Assembly: GCA_944393395.1 (NCBI GenBank)
Contig: CALYAB010000002.1
Location: forward strand, 1 to 55,760
Origin: an uncultured Clostridia bacterium
Lineage (GTDB): Bacteria; Bacillota; Clostridia; TANB77; CAG-508
DNA length: 55,760 nucleotides
Reading direction: 5' to 3'
The notes under the pieces are model-generated. The model was not told where the DNA came from, did no database searches, and saw only the letters and a program-made list of their open reading frames with translations. The translations under genes and the position numbers were made by a program. Of this stretch, positions 1 to 8,729 are shown one piece after another (positions within the stretch are counted from its first letter, which is position 1; the number at the start of each line of letters is the position of its first letter).

Positions 1-46
1 TCTATAATTTCCTTGATTGTTGTTTTTACTAACATAACTTCCTCCT

Positions 47-370
47 CTAATTTGTTCTTGGTATATGTTGCATATTTATTGATTCAAATCCTGCTTGTGT
101 TCTTTCATAAATTGCAACTGTTTTACCTGTATATTGACATTTCTTTTTGTCTATTGCTTTTACAAATCCCATTTTTTCTAACTCTGTCAATCTTGGTGCT
201 GTATAATTTCTTTCTGTGCTAGGTATAAATCCTAGTTCAAATAATTCTACTGCTAACTCTTTTGCTGTCTTAGGCTTATCTAATCTATTTAAAATTTGTA
301 TGTATCTTATTTTTGTTTTATCTTGTATATCATTAAAACTCATTTGTCTTGTTTCGCTTGTTATTTTCAT
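47..370 (-). CDS. phage-associated winged-helix DNA-binding protein, function unknown
   Basis: 107-aa ORF. SD GGGAGTG lies 6 nt before the ATG at 370. HTH-like stretch TAKELAVELFELGFIPSTERNYTAPRLTELEKMGFV. Lies in the leftward phage early operon. Confidence 0.4.
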   Translation of the reverse strand: MKITSETRQMSFNDIQDKTKIRYIQILNRLDKPKTAKELAVELFELGFIPSTERNYTAPRLTELEKMGFVKAIDKKKCQYTGKTVAIYERTQAGFESINMQHIPRTN

Positions 371-608
371 TTGTTATCACTCCCAACTTCCATAAAAATC
401 TAATTAAGCTAGTATAAAATTTATGTTCTTTGTTATCACTAATCATTCTTTTATATACCCATCTACAACTATTACCGTAGACATACTCATATTCATACAT
501 TTTACAATTACTACATTTTTGATAAACTTCTACCGTATCAAAACTTCCCCATATTTCTTCTGTATATCTCTCTTCTTCTAATTCTGAATTGCATATTGGA
601 CATTTCAT
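333..608 (-). CDS. small Cys-rich (CxxC...CxxC, zinc-ribbon-like) phage protein
   Basis: 91-aa ORF with MKCPICNS...CSNCKMY. ATGA overlap with the upstream gene at 605-608. Confidence 0.35.
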   Translation of the reverse strand: MKCPICNSELEEERYTEEIWGSFDTVEVYQKCSNCKMYEYEYVYGNSCRWVYKRMISDNKEHKFYTSLIRFLWKLGVITNENNKRNKTNEF

Positions 609-1549
609 TGTTTTATACCTCCATTTGCGTATAGAAAATCTAACTCTCCACTTGAATATTCTCGACCTTCAAAATTAGTTTTCTTAGCTTCTTTTTGATT
701 GTTAGAATATCCATTCCATGTAAGCAATTTTTGTTTCCAACTCTTAACCTTGTTTCCTTTAGAATCTATCCAATTACCCTCGGTAAAATAGTCATAGAAT
801 TTTTTAGCATCTACATTCAGCTTTTTTTCTAAGACATATTTTTCAATTTCTTCTAGATTAGGTGGATTAAAAGTTTTTCTTTTACTCTTTTTCTTTTTAA
901 TATCATTATCATCTTCATTATCATTATCATTATCGGGTTTTTTTATATCCGTTTGGTTTTTAAAGTAACCGATAGCTTTTTTGGAAAACCATTTAGTTAG
1001 TATTTCACAAACCTTTTCTTCTGGCAATTCAAACCAGTCTCCTCCTATACTGTAATCTTTGTATTCATTTAATATTTCTTTTTCATATTTTTGACACTCT
1101 ATCATTGTTCCTAAATAATAATCAATTACAATTAAATCATTAGTAGGTCGTTTGATATCATATCTTCTTTGATGTAAATTTTTTGTTTCTCCTATTTTGT
1201 ATTGAAAATTAACTTTATCGTAAATAAGATATAAATAATGTTGTGTTTCTGTTTCTCCTTCGGGTATTTCTTTACCATATATAGTCTTTAAGTTTTCTTT
1301 TTTTGGTCTTCCACCTTTTTTAGCATTCTCTCTATTCTTTTCACATCTTTTGTTGTATTTTTCTCTATCTCTGTCTAGTTGTGTTTTAATAAAAGAGAAA
1401 GCCATTTTTGTCATTCCATCTAATTCTGTTATCTCGCCTGTTTTTTCATATTTGATTATTGCTTTTATTAATTGTCCTGCTTGTTCGTCTGTAAGTAATT
1501 CAAATTGTTCTTGATAATCCAAGTATATTAGAAAGCTGTTCTTGTCCAT
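605..1549 (-). CDS. composite phage protein: N-terminal helical module, central T5orf172/MUG113 (GIY-YIG-like) domain, conserved phage C-terminus
   Basis: 314 aa. The block YLYLIYDKVNFQYKIGETKNLHQRRYDI...GGDWFELPEE looks like a T5orf172-type domain. The C-terminal FNPPNLEEIEKYV...NWIDSKGNKVKSWKQKLLTW resembles the C-terminus of phage replisome-organiser-like proteins. Recognised by eye only. Confidence 0.45.
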   Translation of the reverse strand: MDKNSFLIYLDYQEQFELLTDEQAGQLIKAIIKYEKTGEITELDGMTKMAFSFIKTQLDRDREKYNKRCEKNRENAKKGGRPKKENLKTIYGKEIPEGETETQHYLYLIYDKVNFQYKIGETKNLHQRRYDIKRPTNDLIVIDYYLGTMIECQKYEKEILNEYKDYSIGGDWFELPEEKVCEILTKWFSKKAIGYFKNQTDIKKPDNDNDNEDDNDIKKKKSKRKTFNPPNLEEIEKYVLEKKLNVDAKKFYDYFTEGNWIDSKGNKVKSWKQKLLTWNGYSNNQKEAKKTNFEGREYSSGELDFLYANGGIKQ

Positions 1550-1608
1550 TTTGCTTTCTCCTTTCGTAAAATTTAAGGGATAAAACTATTTTGTCTTATC
1601 CCTGTTGT

Positions 1609-1749
1609 TTAATCTTCTTCATCTGAAAATCCAAGTATCCAAAGTATCAATAACCATAACGGATTTGCACTTTGAAATAAAAAGCATAATACACCTATAA
1701 ATATGAAGCAAATAACAGTCCATAAAATTAGTGCTACGTTTCTATCCAT
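1609..1749 (-). CDS. small hydrophobic phage membrane protein (46 aa)
   Basis: ORF below the track cutoff. GGGAGG SD lies 8 nt before the ATG at 1749, which overlaps the stop of the HNH gene. Two hydrophobic stretches (ALILWTVICFIFIGVLCFLF, LWLLILWILGF). Confidence 0.3.
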   Translation of the reverse strand: MDRNVALILWTVICFIFIGVLCFLFQSANPLWLLILWILGFSDEED

Positions 1750-2125
1750 TTTTCTTTACCTCCCATTTGTTATAAATTAATTTTTCTTTATTCCAATTTG
1801 CTCCATAAATGCCTTTTAAATAGCTTTCTACCTTCTTGTCGTATAATTTAGTATTCATTCCATTATCTTGCTCTCTGTGACAATCTGAGCAACCTGTGTA
1901 TATATTTTCTGGTATTCCTAGTCCACCTAATCCTCTAGGAATAAAATGACAACATGCACATTCTACTGGTACATATCTGTGACAAAATATACATCTATGG
2001 TCATCTCTTTCCCATACCATTTCTTTTACTGACTTTGGAATATCTGTGTATTTTTTTCTTTTTTTACTTTTCTTATTTGTTTTAGGTACTGGGTTAAAAC
2101 TATTTGATAAATCTTTTATAATCAT
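1742..2125 (-). CDS. HNH endonuclease
   Basis: 127 aa with Cys/His motifs CIFCHRYVPVECACCHFIPRGLGG...CSDCHREQDNG, typical of phage HNH nucleases. Confidence 0.6.
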   Translation of the reverse strand: MIIKDLSNSFNPVPKTNKKSKKRKKYTDIPKSVKEMVWERDDHRCIFCHRYVPVECACCHFIPRGLGGLGIPENIYTGCSDCHREQDNGMNTKLYDKKVESYLKGIYGANWNKEKLIYNKWEVKKNG

Positions 2126-2674
2126 TTCTTATCCCATTCCTTTAACAAGCTATCTATTTCTTCTTGTGGTTTTGTTTCTATTCCGTATGTCTTGCAGTCT
2201 TGAACTAGCCCATCTATTAATCTGCTCATTTGTTTTGAACTATAGGAACTAGAGCCATAATAAGCATTTATTATCTTAAATTCGGTATTTCCGAATATAC
2301 TCTGTATCTGCCACTTCACAAAACCACGCTATTCCTTGTGCTGTCCACATTTTTTCAAATGTTTTTATATTGTCTTTTTCTATCTTAAATTGTCTAAATA
2401 TTCCTAATTCTTTTATTCTTCTTTTATATTCTTCTACTGTATCTATTTCTGCTAATTCGCATAGTTCTGTAAGTAGTTTCCAAAAATAAGCATTTGCATC
2501 TAAGCTACGTTTCTTTCTGTATTTCTTTAACTCTATACTTAACTTTCCATCATTTTTTAGTTCTTCTATAAGTTCTTTATCTTTTGTGTCTAAAAGTACC
2601 GTTATTTTAGGTTTTAACGTGTTAAAATCTATGCTAAAATCTGTTATCGTTCCTGTTGTATCTAATTTAGCCAT
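2122..2674 (-). CDS. NinB/Orf-like (putative HNHc_6-type) recombination protein. Continuous only with a +1 shift at CGG 2293-2291.
   Basis: ORF 2276..2674 (RSLDANAYFWKLLTELCE, compare lambda NinB RSLDQNRKLWACLGDV) stops 4 codons after an in-frame CGG. ORF 2122..2319 in the +1 frame carries the matching C-terminal part (GSSSYSSKQMSRLIDGLVQDCKTYGIET, compare NinB GQSTSRMRVGEFAELLELIQAFGTERGV). Joined product is 183 aa. Confidence 0.45.
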
Positions 2675-2682
2675 TTAATCAC

Positions 2683-3306
2683 CTACTTGTTTCCAGTAAT
2701 TCTTTTAAAATCATTTACTATATTCATATAGTTTTTAATTTCAATTTCTGCTGTGCTAGAATAACCATAAGAGTCTAATACTTTATATACTATTTCATCT
2801 GATAAATGTTTTTTGGTAATTGCATCATCTAATAAATCTTTTTTTAGCTTGTCTATCAGTTGAGTTTCTTTTATATCTTTTTTATTTTCTGTGAATGGTA
2901 ATTGTTCTTCTTGTGTTTGATTTACTACATTCTCTTGTCCGTCTATATAGTAATCATTCTCACTTATTTCAAACGCATTCATGTATAAATATCTTCTTTG
3001 ATATGTTTGTATGCCACCTAGTGCTTGTATTTCATTGCAGCCTTTTAATGTTATCTTAACCATTTCCGAAAAATATTCTAATTTTTCATCAGTTTTCTCT
3101 GCATTCACAATTGTTAAAACTGCATTTTCTTTGTTAAAATTTACTTTCGTAAACAATTTTAGTTCTAAACAAATTTCATTTATAGCTGGCATAAAATCCC
3201 CTAACTCATAATATTTGTAATTAGAAAATTTATTTTCTCCAGTTTTCTTTAAATCCTTTTTTTGCAATTCTACTTTTGCTTTTTGCATTTTTTCAAAAAT
3301 ATTCAT
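2683..3306 (-). CDS. ERF-family single-strand annealing protein
   Basis: 207 aa. KFSNYKYYELGDFMPAINE and GGIQTYQRRYLYMNAFEI are typical ERF-superfamily motifs. Confidence 0.7.
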   Translation of the reverse strand: MNIFEKMQKAKVELQKKDLKKTGENKFSNYKYYELGDFMPAINEICLELKLFTKVNFNKENAVLTIVNAEKTDEKLEYFSEMVKITLKGCNEIQALGGIQTYQRRYLYMNAFEISENDYYIDGQENVVNQTQEEQLPFTENKKDIKETQLIDKLKKDLLDDAITKKHLSDEIVYKVLDSYGYSSTAEIEIKNYMNIVNDFKRITGNK

Positions 3307-4124
3307 TATATCTCCTCACTTTCGTAGGAAATTTCGTTTTGAATTAGCCATTTTGCTAACTGCATTTTTTGTTCTTCAGTTATTTCTAATGTCAGCCTTA
3401 TTTTTGTTTTTGTATTTTTTATGATATTGTCAAAAACATTTTCTACTCGTTCTTCTTGTTGTTCATCTTCTTTCTTTTTTGCTTTTTTGCTTTCTGTCAT
3501 CTCTTTTATCTTTTCTAATCTAGCTTTTTCTTGCATTACGCTTGTTAAATCAAGTGTTAATAAATATTTGTCTTTAAGTTGTACCTCAAATTCACTTTGC
3601 ATTTCTTCAATTGCTTTTAAGTCTGTTTTTACTTTATCTATTTTCCCTAGTATCTCCAATTCGATATCTCTGATTTTGCATGTTGAATTAAGCCATTTTT
3701 CATTCCAAATTTTTTGTAAAGATAATATTTCCTTTAAGCCTTTAACGTTTTCTTCGTATATTTTTTTAATTTTATTCTTTTTTATTTCTTTTTGTTTTTC
3801 TTCAAAAGCTTTTATTTGTTTGTCAATTTCTGCACAAGGATTGTCTATCATCGCAATAATTTCTTTTATCTTAGTTTCAAAATCTGCATACGGTTTCATA
3901 AAATCTTTTTTTACTTCTATTTTTTTATCATTTACTTGTTTTTTTAATCTGTTCAAATCTGCTCTTGTTTTCTTGGCTTCTTGTATATCTTTTTCTTCGA
4001 ACACTATGTTTTGATATTTTTGTAACTGTATCGCCAATTCTTTTTTAATTTCTTCATAATTAAATTCAATAGGTTCTAACTCTTGCATTCTATTTATTTT
4101 TAATTCTGTATTACTCATTTTCAT
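3306..4124 (-). CDS. DUF1351-type phage protein (usual partner of ERF/RecT)
   Basis: 272-aa coiled-coil-rich ORF, start-stop coupled to ERF. The N-terminal pattern EPIEFNYEEIKKELAIQLQKYQNIVFEEKDIQEAKKTRADLNRLKK is typical of DUF1351. Confidence 0.55.
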   Translation of the reverse strand: MKMSNTELKINRMQELEPIEFNYEEIKKELAIQLQKYQNIVFEEKDIQEAKKTRADLNRLKKQVNDKKIEVKKDFMKPYADFETKIKEIIAMIDNPCAEIDKQIKAFEEKQKEIKKNKIKKIYEENVKGLKEILSLQKIWNEKWLNSTCKIRDIELEILGKIDKVKTDLKAIEEMQSEFEVQLKDKYLLTLDLTSVMQEKARLEKIKEMTESKKAKKKEDEQQEERVENVFDNIIKNTKTKIRLTLEITEEQKMQLAKWLIQNEISYESEEI

Positions 4125-4263
4125 TTCCTCCTAATCGTTCAAAAATTTCATCTTCATATCTTCTGTCAACTTCTTCTGCTAAATGTTCTAAATAATTGTC
4201 ATATTCGTCATTTTCTATGTAATCTAATTCGTCTAATATCATTTTGTTTTCTAGCATTTTCAT
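4111..4263 (-). CDS. small acidic phage protein (50 aa)
   Basis: ORF below the track cutoff. Its stop overlaps the start of the DUF1351 gene and it shares the operon strand. Very acidic sequence (ILDELDYIENDEYDNYLEHLAEEVDRRYEDE). Confidence 0.3.
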   Translation of the reverse strand: MKMLENKMILDELDYIENDEYDNYLEHLAEEVDRRYEDEIFERLGGNENE

Positions 4264-4337
4264 CTTCCTCTCTTGATTTCTACTAAAATTTTTGATACAA
4301 TTAAGTAGAAATCGTATATTTATGTAATTGTTTTGAG

Positions 4338-4610
4338 TTAGTTAATGGGTTCGAAATTATTAGCTAACTCTTTTATTGTCCTTATTGTTTCAAAACTATT
4401 ATTGTTTTTATAATCAAATCCATTTGCTATAACACTTATTTGTGCTAATTTACTTAATAAATCTTTAGTTGCTTTTTTGTAATTATTTACAGCTAAATTC
4501 AGTTCTTCATTTTCATTTCTTAAGTCTTTGTTTTCTTCATATAATGTTTTGTTTTCTTCATTTAGTTCAATTAACTTCTTTCCTTGTTTGGCTACTATTT
4601 TTGCAAACAT
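4338..4610 (-). CDS. coiled-coil phage protein, function unknown
   Basis: Track ORF 4338..4685, but AGGAGGTG lies 7-8 nt before the internal ATG at 4610 (MFAKIVAKQ...). Heptad-rich sequence. Confidence 0.4.
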   Translation of the reverse strand: MFAKIVAKQGKKLIELNEENKTLYEENKDLRNENEELNLAVNNYKKATKDLLSKLAQISVIANGFDYKNNNSFETIRTIKELANNFEPIN

Positions 4611-5054
4611 TTCTTTCTCACCTCCTATTTGATAATTAATACTATAGCTATAATTATTGTGTATATAGATATTGTTAAATTGCACGTTTTGAATATTGCA
4701 TCAATCTTTTCTTCTTTTTGTTTTTTCTTTAATTCCAAAATGTAATTTTCAAGCTCTGCAATCCTTTTTTCAGCTTTCATTGTCTTTTCCTCCTGTTTCT
4801 TTTAGTGTCTTTGTAATCTGTTCACTAATTTTTGTACCATCAATTCTTATTTCTGCTTTTTTCGTTAAATTAAACTTTTTAAAAAATAATTCTAATTCTT
4901 GTACACTACCTTCTATCTTCATAGCTCCCTCCTTTTAATAAATTGTATTTTGTAAAAATCCAAACACCATAATGCCTGTCCACATTGCATACACACTTGT
5001 GTATAATAATATTTGTAGTAGTTTTCTTTTAATTTTATTTTTCATTTGTATCAC

Positions 5055-5312
5055 CTACCTTTCACTCAAATAATCATGTCTTTTATTTAAATAATTATTG
5101 AAAGCTCCTCTTGTCACCTTAAAAGGTGATGTATATCTTTGTACTGCTAGCTCTTTATCTTTAAACATTTTTTGTAACATATTAATTCCAATTCCAGTTT
5201 CTTTGTGTATCTGTTTTATTGTTAATAATTCGTTTGGGTCTTTATTTTGACTTATTAGTTTTTCTAACAATTCATTTGTCTTTTTTTGTTCTTGTAAAAT
5301 TTTTTCTTCCAT
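5055..5312 (-). CDS. small HTH DNA-binding protein (excisionase/regulator-like)
   Basis: 85 aa. LLTIKQIHKETGIGINMLQKMFKD looks like an HTH. Lies in the early leftward operon. Confidence 0.4.
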   Translation of the reverse strand: MEEKILQEQKKTNELLEKLISQNKDPNELLTIKQIHKETGIGINMLQKMFKDKELAVQRYTSPFKVTRGAFNNYLNKRHDYLSER

Positions 5313-5378
5313 TTTCTAATCACTTCCCTTCTTTTTATTTTTCTGCTATAATTACTCTGAAAGTGAGGTATTTAAATT

Positions 5379-5732
5379 ATGTCAGATATTATTTTGTCTA
5401 AAGAATCAAAAGAAATTTTAATTGATATTTACAAGTCCTATAAGAAAAATATAAAACTTAATATAGAAAACCCTAATGATTTTGAACTTTCTTACGTAAA
5501 AGATTTATGTGCAAAATATAATGATGATGTAGTATACAATACTCTTAATCTTTTTAAAGAATACGAATTTGTTAGGCTTTATGTTAGTGATGGATTTAAG
5601 CTTAAACAGCTAGGAATTTCTTTTGCTGAAAATCTTTTACCTGGAAATCGTTTTAAGTCTTGGCTTATAAATAATCTGCTTGCTATATTAGCTCTAATTG
5701 TTTCTATTGTTGGCTTATTTTTACCTAAGTAA
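5379..5732 (+). CDS. hypothetical protein with C-terminal TM anchor (possible lysogeny-expressed moron)
   Basis: 117-aa ORF on the opposite strand to the surrounding early genes. C-terminal hydrophobic helix LINNLLAILALIVSIVGLFL. Confidence 0.35.
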   Translation: MSDIILSKESKEILIDIYKSYKKNIKLNIENPNDFELSYVKDLCAKYNDDVVYNTLNLFKEYEFVRLYVSDGFKLKQLGISFAENLLPGNRFKSWLINNLLAILALIVSIVGLFLPK

Positions 5733-5877
5733 AATAGATATTAAGGTTGCCATTGAAAATCCTAGTGCGAAATATTGAAATCTGCTAGGTTTTCCTTTTT
5801 CTTCTCGAATAACTTTTTTAAGTTCTTTATTTTCCAATTTTAATTTCTCTGTTTCTTCCATCTTCTAACCTCTTTTC

Positions 5878-6144
5878 TTATTTGTGTCGAGTTGCGTTTA
5901 TTCTTGTTTGATTACTTTTGTAATCATTTTCAATAAAAAAAATATCTTCAAACTGACAATTTAATGCTTTACATATATTTATTGCTGTTTGTGGACTTGG
6001 ATTTCTCTCTCCATTAGCAATAAGACTTATTGTTGTTTGACTTATATTTGCTTTTTCAGCTAACTGCCTGTATGATAGTCCTGCTTTAACCGTCTTCTCA
6101 ATAAATACATCTTTATCTTTCATAACTATATCTTTATTAGCCAT
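5878..6144 (-). CDS. Cro-like XRE-family HTH regulator
   Basis: AAGGAGGTG SD lies 6 nt before the ATG at 6144 (the track ORF starts further upstream). HTH LSYRQLAEKANISQTTISLIANGERNPS. Divergent from the cI-like gene. Confidence 0.7.
   Translation of the reverse strand: MANKDIVMKDKDVFIEKTVKAGLSYRQLAEKANISQTTISLIANGERNPSPQTAINICKALNCQFEDIFFIENDYKSNQTRINATRHK
5910..5925. promoter_or_regulatory. distal operator-like perfect palindrome GATTAC-TTTT-GTAATC
   Basis: Nearly identical (22 of 23 nt with flanks) to the palindrome at 6160-6175. Lies inside the 3-prime part of the cro-like gene. Confidence 0.45.
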
Positions 6145-6281
6145 TTTTTTCACCTCCTTGATTACTGTTGTAATCATTATATTATTACTGATTACTTTTG
6201 TCAAGCTTTTTTATAAAATTTTTTAAAAAATATTTACATTTGTAATCAATTGTAGTATAATCAAGCCATAGGAGGTATGAA
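6145..6281. promoter_or_regulatory. phage immunity switch: divergent consensus sigma-A promoters with GATTAC-N4-GTAATC operators
   Basis: Rightward promoter: TTTACA (6233-6238), 17 nt, TATAAT (6256-6261). Leftward promoter: TTGACA (6204-6199), 17 nt, TATAAT (6181-6176). Operators: 6160-6175 perfect, 6190-6205 and 6232-6247 imperfect. Confidence 0.6.
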
Positions 6282-6978
6282 ATGCAACTTTCAAATAAAG
6301 AGTTAGGAAAATATTTAAAAGATATTAGAGAAAGTCTTGGTTATTCTACTCACGACGTCAATAAACTTTGTGAAATCTCTCAAAGTTATATTTCTCTTAT
6401 GGAAAATGGAAAGAGACGTCCTAGCCCTATAATTTTAAAAAAACTTGCTTCTGCATATTTTTTAGATTATATAGATTTGTACGAAAAGGCAGGATATATT
6501 GATTTAGCAGAATATGAAAAAAGTGACCAATTAAAGAAAATAGGAGCAATTCCTTTGTCTGAAATAGATACGATAAAAATACCTATTCTGCGGAACTGTA
6601 AAAGCAGGATACAACTATTTAGCACAAGAAAACATCATTGACTATATTGCTTTTAAAGTAGATGGAACAGATAAAGAAAACTACTATGCTTTAAATATAG
6701 TAGGTGACAGTATGGAGCCGTTATTTGATGACGGCGATATAGTTATAGTTCATAAACAAGATGATTTTGAAAATGGTGATAATTGTGTTGTACTTATAAA
6801 TGGTGAAGAGGCTACTGTAAAAAAAGTATATAAAGGAACTACTGGAATTGAACTAAAAGCAGTTAATCCTTATTATCCGCCTAAAATATTTACAAAAGAA
6901 GAAATAAAAGATTTACCGGTTAGAGTAATTGGCGTTGTAGAAAAATCTATAAGAAATTTTAAAAAGAATAAAAAATGA
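6282..6978 (+). CDS. CI/LexA-like repressor (XRE HTH + S24 peptidase). Continuous only with a +1 shift at CGG 6591-6593.
   Basis: HTH ORF 6282..6641 reads ...IKIPIL then CGG. The +1 frame from 6592 reads GTVKAGYNYLAQENIIDYIAFKVDG...IVGDSMEP...VIVHKQ, the S24 autoprotease domain. The joined IPIL-GTVKAG is the canonical linker. Joined product is 231 aa. Confidence 0.7.
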
Positions 6979-7131
6979 GAAATGTGTTGAAAAAATAACG
7001 CAACTCGACACATTTCTCTAACTATAAAGACCCTTGAAAGAAGGTTTCTTTATGCTATTTATTATAGCATACCATAAAACCTTTTTTCAAGAGCTTTAGT
7101 AATAAAAAAATAAAAGAAAGAAGGTTTTAAT

Positions 7132-8326
7132 ATGGGAAAAACAAAACAAAAAGGAAATGGAGAACGGCACAATTTATAAATCTAGTAAAACTGGTTTATA
7201 TGTTGGGCAATATGTTATAAATGGAAAAAGACATTCTGTATATCAAAAGAAAAATGAAAAAAACACAGATTTTAAAAAAAGATTTACTGATATTTTGTCA
7301 AGTATTAATCAAAATACATATATAGAAAAAAACAGTATTAGTTTATATGATATTTTAAATAATTACATAGAAAATAAAAATAAAACTGGTATAACTTCGG
7401 ACAGAACACATTTAAGGGATAAAGAAAATTTGAAGTTACTAGAAAAATGTTGTAAGGATTTTATATATAAGCCAATTCAAAAAGTAACTACTATAGAAAT
7501 AAAAAAAGCATTACCTAATTTTATAGAATTAGAAACAATCACTAAAAAGAATGAAAAAGTAGTTAAAATCTATTCTCAAAACATAATAGATAAATTATAC
7601 ATGTTATTAAATAAGGGCTTTAAAATTGCAACGTCAGAACGAATAATACCATATAATTTAATGGACAATGAAACTATAAAAAAACCAAACTCAAAAAAAC
7701 AAACAGAAAAAGTGGAGGCTTTAACTATTAAAGAAGAACAAAAACTAATAGCTGTTTTAAAAGACTCAAATTTTAAATATAAAAATATAATTCTACTAAC
7801 TTTATTTACAGGGTTGAGAATAGGAGAAACACTTGCTATAACCAGAGATAATATTGATTTAAAAGAGAATACTTTAGTTATAGAAAAAACTTTAACAAGA
7901 AACAAAGAAGATAAAACCATTTTAGGAAACAAAACAAAGACTAAATTCGGGAAACGTACTATCTATTTGTCAAATAATGCGAAATTAATATTAAAAAACG
8001 TATTAAAAAATAAAATTACTAATATGTATGGTTTAATATTTTATGATTATGAAAAAAATACTTTTATTACACCAAATGAGATAAATTCTTTTTTGCAAAG
8101 ATTAAATCAAAAATACAACGTATGTAATCATATTCATACGCACATGCTAAGACATACTTACGCAACAAGATGTATTGAAGCTGGAATGTCTGCAAAAGTA
8201 TTGCAACAAAATCTAGGTCATAAAAAGATACAAACTACACTAGACACTTATACAAGTGTATTTAGTAAGTTTCAGGAAGATGAAAATAAAAAATATGATT
8301 TATATATGAAAAAAATCGGATTATAA
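7132..8326 (+). CDS. int: tyrosine recombinase / phage integrase. The SD-supported start at 7132 needs a +1 shift at CGG 7165-7167.
   Basis: C-terminal HMLRHTYATRCIEAGMSAKVLQQNLGHKKIQTTLDTYTSV is a tyrosine-recombinase motif set. ATG 7132 has SD GAAAGAAGG 7 nt upstream and reads MGKTKQKGNGE-CGG. The +1 frame continues GTIYKSSKTGLYVGQY. The alternative in-frame ATG at 7157 has an AAGGA only 1 nt away. Confidence 0.8.
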
Positions 8327-8363
8327 AAAGCTACTGCATTACTATTGCATTACTTTAGCAAAG

Positions 8364-8412
8364 AAAACTCTACAAGCTGTTGAAAAAATAAACGTTGTAG
8401 AGTTTTTATTTT
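8364..8412. terminator. stem-loop between the integrase and the tRNA, probably a bidirectional terminator
   Basis: AAAACTCTACAA (8364-8375) pairs with TTGTAGAGTTTT (8395-8406), followed by a T-run. Confidence 0.5.
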
Positions 8413-8488
<76 letters not shown>

Positions 8489-8729
8489 ATATTTAATATA
8501 TTTTCTATCCTTTACATTTTTATAATATACTATCATTTTTATATTTTGTCAATTGATATTCTATTTATAATTTTAAATTATAAGAATAATGCTTACAATT
8601 CAGTATATCTCGTAAATATATATTTTTATCTTTTATTATATCAACATTTTATATACTTTATACAAACCATCAACTTGACAAGTCTGTTATAATATTCCTA
8701 AAAAAGATAAAATAAAAAAAGGAGTTATT

